Positions 54,088 to 57,310 of a stretch of 57,310 nt of DNA are shown piece after piece (positions within the stretch are counted from its first letter, which is position 1; each line of letters opens with the position of its first letter). A program made the translations under genes and the position numbers. Under the pieces are notes generated by a model. It was not told the DNA's origin. It did not search any database and was given only the letters and a program-made list of their open reading frames with translations. The stretch is taken from IMG/VR virus record IMGVR_UViG_3300043438_000704, positions 1-57,310 of that record, one strand, 5' to 3'. Source of the stretch: a virus (taxonomy: Duplodnaviria > Caudoviricetes).

Positions 54088-56571
54088 CAAATCTTTAAAA
54101 ACTAAAATAAAATAATAATATGTTCAGACACATTGGAGCTATCGTAGCGGGACTTTCATCTGCGCTTGTAACTGGAGGACACCTTTTCACTTCTCCCTAT
54201 CACTTTGGCGTTTTCATCGCATTCCTTTTTGTGGGGATGGTTTTGGGAGCCATTGTGGATTCCGTGCTTAAAAACTAGATCATAATCAGCGCATGGCTAA
54301 AACACCACAACAAAAGGAAGCTGCCGAACTATGGAGACGGGAGCAGCAAGAACTGGAGTGGATGGCAAAGGACAGGAGCAAGGCTTATTATCTTCCGAAA
54401 TATATCAGGGACATTGGCAAGACGGGGGATGTGGAATTGGACGAATTGGTTGATGAAATGCGGAAGATTGCCTATAAGATTGATGAACATTGGAGCAAGC
54501 AACCTTAAAAACTAGACCACAATACGGACATGAAAGCAACAATCGATCCCAAGGAAGTGACAGTGAGACATAGCATCCGGGAGGATGTGGGAAGGGAATT
54601 CCTGACCGTGGATTGTCCCGAAGGATGGGATGATGTGAAGAAGCTTGTGAAAAAGGTTCTTACGTTTGAGGGGCGGAAATTCGCTTACACGGGATGGAAT
54701 AGCGATAGGAACGAAGCTTTCTTCGCTCGCCCTCTGAATGGGGTGGAGATGGTTGCAAGGATTTCTTAAAAACTAAATCATAATCACAACATGACAAATA
54801 GATACTCAGTAGGATTCAAAGACCCTGAAATAAAGTGCGGGGTAACGGAAGATTATCCTTTGCTTGTGCCGATTGTTGATTATCGGATGTTTGGGTTCGG
54901 GGAAGTGATTGGGTTCGCTTTGGGGGAGTATGAGGCAACAACTTTAGTAGAGAAGTTGCAAGCCTTGGAAGATTTGAAAGATAAAGGTTTTAAGATTGAA
55001 CAATAACATGAACGAAATTCAAAAACGATTGGAATATCTTCGCGGGGAGATTGAAAAGGAATGTATCAGTTATACGGAAATTGTGGAACTGGAACACCTA
55101 CAAGAATATATCGATCCCGATGATGTTGTGCTTCTGGAATGGGCTGGAGTGCCTGAATAAAAACTAGACGATAATAACGACATGATATTTCCACAATACA
55201 AACAAGCAACATGTGATGCCACCTTTTCTGAAAAGGTGATGGGGAAATGGTATTGTTCATATTTTGAAGAACTTAATGGTCGGAATTTCGATAGGTATCT
55301 TCATCCTGATGGGTGGAAAAAATATGCTTATTGGTGGAATGCGAAAGAAGAGTGTGAAAATACATTCCAAAAATTTAATCAATCACATTTAAACGTGGAG
55401 GAATTTGAAGTTGACAATGCTATCGCAGAGGAAGAGTGGTATTCAGATTATTTGGAACAACAATTCTCTTAAAAACTAAAATAAGATTAACGCATATGGG
55501 AGCCGGATGTTACTACACACATAAATGCAATCGCCAAAAAGCTTGCTGGATTGACTTCAACCATTCCGATAATGAGGGATACGAGGAAGATGATTGGGAT
55601 ATTATGCGGATGTGGGAAGAGGATATCATTGACAACATTGAATGTCTGCTTGCCAAAATCGGGTATCGCAATATGCAAAACGGTCTTTGTAAGGTGGAGC
55701 TTGTGCCGACATATTACGGGGATGGTATGATCATCGACATATCTCCAGCAATGGAGGAATGGGAACCGTCTTACAATCTCTTTCTAGCCAATTTTGATCG
55801 TATGGAGGAAAACATCCTGAGATGCTTGCACAAGGCGGGATTTGAACTAAGGATTGCCACAAGCGGATACACTTCCGGCCAATACATCCCCAAGGGATGT
55901 GTTAAAAACTAAAGAATACTTCAAACATGAAACACAAAGCTGGTCTGTATCGGTTTGAGAGAAGTCCAGACTTGTTCGCCGCCATCAAGGGATGCCAAGG
56001 GGATACTCTGGAAATCCGTTTGACGGAAAAGGAAGCGAACACCCTATTTCAGAATCAGCTATTCCAAAGGCTGGGATTTGTGGGATGGGCATATTTGGGA
56101 GAATAAAAACTAAACAATAATAACAATATGAAAGATGTAATACACGATTTCGGAAAAAGTAGGGTTCGCCGTCTGGTGGATGGGAGCTATGTGGCGGAAG
56201 TTAATGTGGGGTGGATTTTTAAGTATTGGAAAGGCATTTCAAAATCCACTGGTTATCTGTGGGATCGCGATAGTTATAATTTCTGTAAAGTTCCAACAAA
56301 GGAACAAGCCTTGACATTGCTGGCAACACGTGGCTTTTAAAAACTAAGATAAGCTTTGACCATGCGACAATACAAAAACATCATGGATGGGTTGGAAACG
56401 ATGATTCAAGACATTGCCAAAAAAGAAAAAGGCAATCTTACGCTTGAATCCAAGCTTCATATGAAAGTTGTGAAAAAAGAACTTGCGGAGATGCGTCGGC
56501 AATTGATTCTTCTACACTTTGATATTGAGGACATTTACAACATCGCTTAAAAACTAGGATACCATTACGAC

Positions 56572-56940
56572 ATGAAACAAACACTTACAACTTACCAAGC
56601 GGCGCAACAACTCCATGACGACAAGGACGGGGGATGGACTTGGAACGGGGCGCAAGCCCTTGTGGAGTATCTGGAAGAGCTTGAAGCGGACATGGGGGAG
56701 GAAATCGAATTTGACAGGGTTGCCCTTCGCTGCGATTTTTCTGAGTATGAAAGCCTTGTGGAATGGGCGGAAGGATACTTTGGGGATGATGCTTGGAGAG
56801 GAGAATTGAACGCTGATATTGATGACGAATCCGGCAACTCCGAAGATATTGAGGATGTGGAGGAAAAGATTCGGGAATATATCCATGAACACGGGCAATT
56901 GATCGAATTCAACGGGGGGATCATCGTTTCATCGTTCTAA
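56572..56940 (+). CDS. Highly acidic small protein
   Basis: About 33 D/E versus 7 K/R in 122 aa (manual count). Confidence 0.8.
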   Translation: MKQTLTTYQAAQQLHDDKDGGWTWNGAQALVEYLEELEADMGEEIEFDRVALRCDFSEYESLVEWAEGYFGDDAWRGELNADIDDESGNSEDIEDVEEKIREYIHEHGQLIEFNGGIIVSSF

Positions 56941-57310
56941 TATGACAGGAAGAGCATTATTTGAATTGTCCCTGCTGGGATTACTAACTTGGGTATTGAT
57001 CGGAATGATTGCCCTTCAAATCTTTAAAAACTAGCGCAAAATAAGCTCATGCAATGGCAAATGATAGAAAAGGACAATCCCCTTGCGGTTCATGTAATAT
57101 TTGAATCCAAGGAAACCGGGGAAGCGTTTCTGAAAAACACGGTTCCCGATTATGTGGCAAGGAGTCTTTACATGGATAAGACCCTGACAGCCGAAAGCTT
57201 TGAGATAGTCCCAAGACCATTAAAAACTAAACGATAATCAGCGCATGAACAAATACCGGATCACTTACAAGGACTGCGGCGAAATCATCACGGAATATCG
57301 CAAGGGGGGG

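Larger units (their letters stand above)
5552..57247 (+). promoter_or_regulatory. Dispersed 27-nt stop/promoter/start element TAAAAACTAR-NN-nAnnnT-N6-ATG, 69 copies by manual count
   Basis: First T at 5552, 7768, 8644, 9668, 10209*, 11577, 12525, 16186, 18051, 18396, 22681, 24803, 25261, 26689, 28448, 29306, 29944, 30232, 32351, 32810*, 33618, 35941, 36627, 37788, 38605, 40532, 40757, 41499, 42817, 43158, 43472, 44646, 44837, 44969*, 45377 (half site), 45678, 45981, 46509, 47142, 47363, 47674, 47887, 48127, 48590, 49278, 50067, 50278, 50697, 50919, 51140, 51716, 51971, 52234, 52611, 52809, 53047, 53500, 54096, 54269, 54506, 54767, 55158, 55470, 55903, 56104, 56338, 56548, 57025, 57221 (* = TAAAAAATAG variant). 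The ATG begins exactly 24 nt after the first T in 56 copies. Confidence 0.92.
44670..57310 (+). other. Array of about 45 small, mostly single-gene cassettes (30-253 aa), most headed by a junction element
   Basis: 38 junction elements between 44646 and 57221; ORFs tile the + strand with almost no other intergenic DNA. Confidence 0.85.

Noticed and set aside
375-56924. Numerous minus-strand and alternate-frame ORFs in the ORF track (e.g. 43924-44565, 24179-24715, 13950-14408)
   Set aside because: They shadow well-supported + strand genes and have no motifs or expression signals; only 1262-1750 and tnpB are accepted on the - strand.
5553-57034. C-terminal KN as a shared protein tag or degron
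   Set aside because: More upstream genes stop on the leading TAA with unrelated C-termini, so KN is a by-product of reading the DNA motif in one frame.
44646-57247. Junction elements as a CRISPR array
   Set aside because: Spacing is irregular (about 130-800 bp), the intervening sequences are intact ORFs, the repeats are degenerate and no cas genes are visible.
5552-57247. Junction elements as integron attC sites
   Set aside because: There is no palindromic attC structure or GTTRRRY core and no tyrosine integrase in the window; the conservation pattern fits a promoter.
1-57310. Stop-codon recoding (TAG or TGA read-through as in some large phages)
   Set aside because: Recognisable enzymes are full length under the standard code, genes tile tightly, and TAG read-through at the element would not be in frame with the next ATG.

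Overview
A 57-kb piece of a large tailed dsDNA phage genome, probably T4-like/jumbo type, read with the standard code. It opens with a short structural/late-type block (a baseplate-hub-like C-terminus, a gp16-like small terminase, TAAATA late-type promoters). The remaining ~52 kb is densely packed, almost entirely + strand, and mostly small hypothetical genes. Recognisable genes include RmlB, RlpA, three different RNA ligases, a P-loop kinase, three metallophosphoesterases, HD, 2H and histidine phosphatases, two nucleotidyltransferases, a RadA-like ATPase, a DUF932 protein and a solitary TnpB on the - strand. The dominant unexplained structure is a 27-nt junction element, TAAAAACTAR-NN-nAnnnT-N6-ATG, counted by hand 69 times, all on the + strand. 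It usually supplies the upstream gene's stop codon, carries a sigma70-type -10 hexamer with an AAAAACTA box at about -23..-16 instead of a -35, and places the next ATG exactly at the predicted +1 (leaderless mRNA). This divides the region into self-contained stop-promoter-start gene cassettes, with some direct-repeat evidence that they are shuffled. Several structured RNA candidates are also present, including a motif-driven ~200-nt RNA and a tRNA-like RNA with an elongated anticodon arm. All family assignments are from motif recognition by eye; no searches were run.
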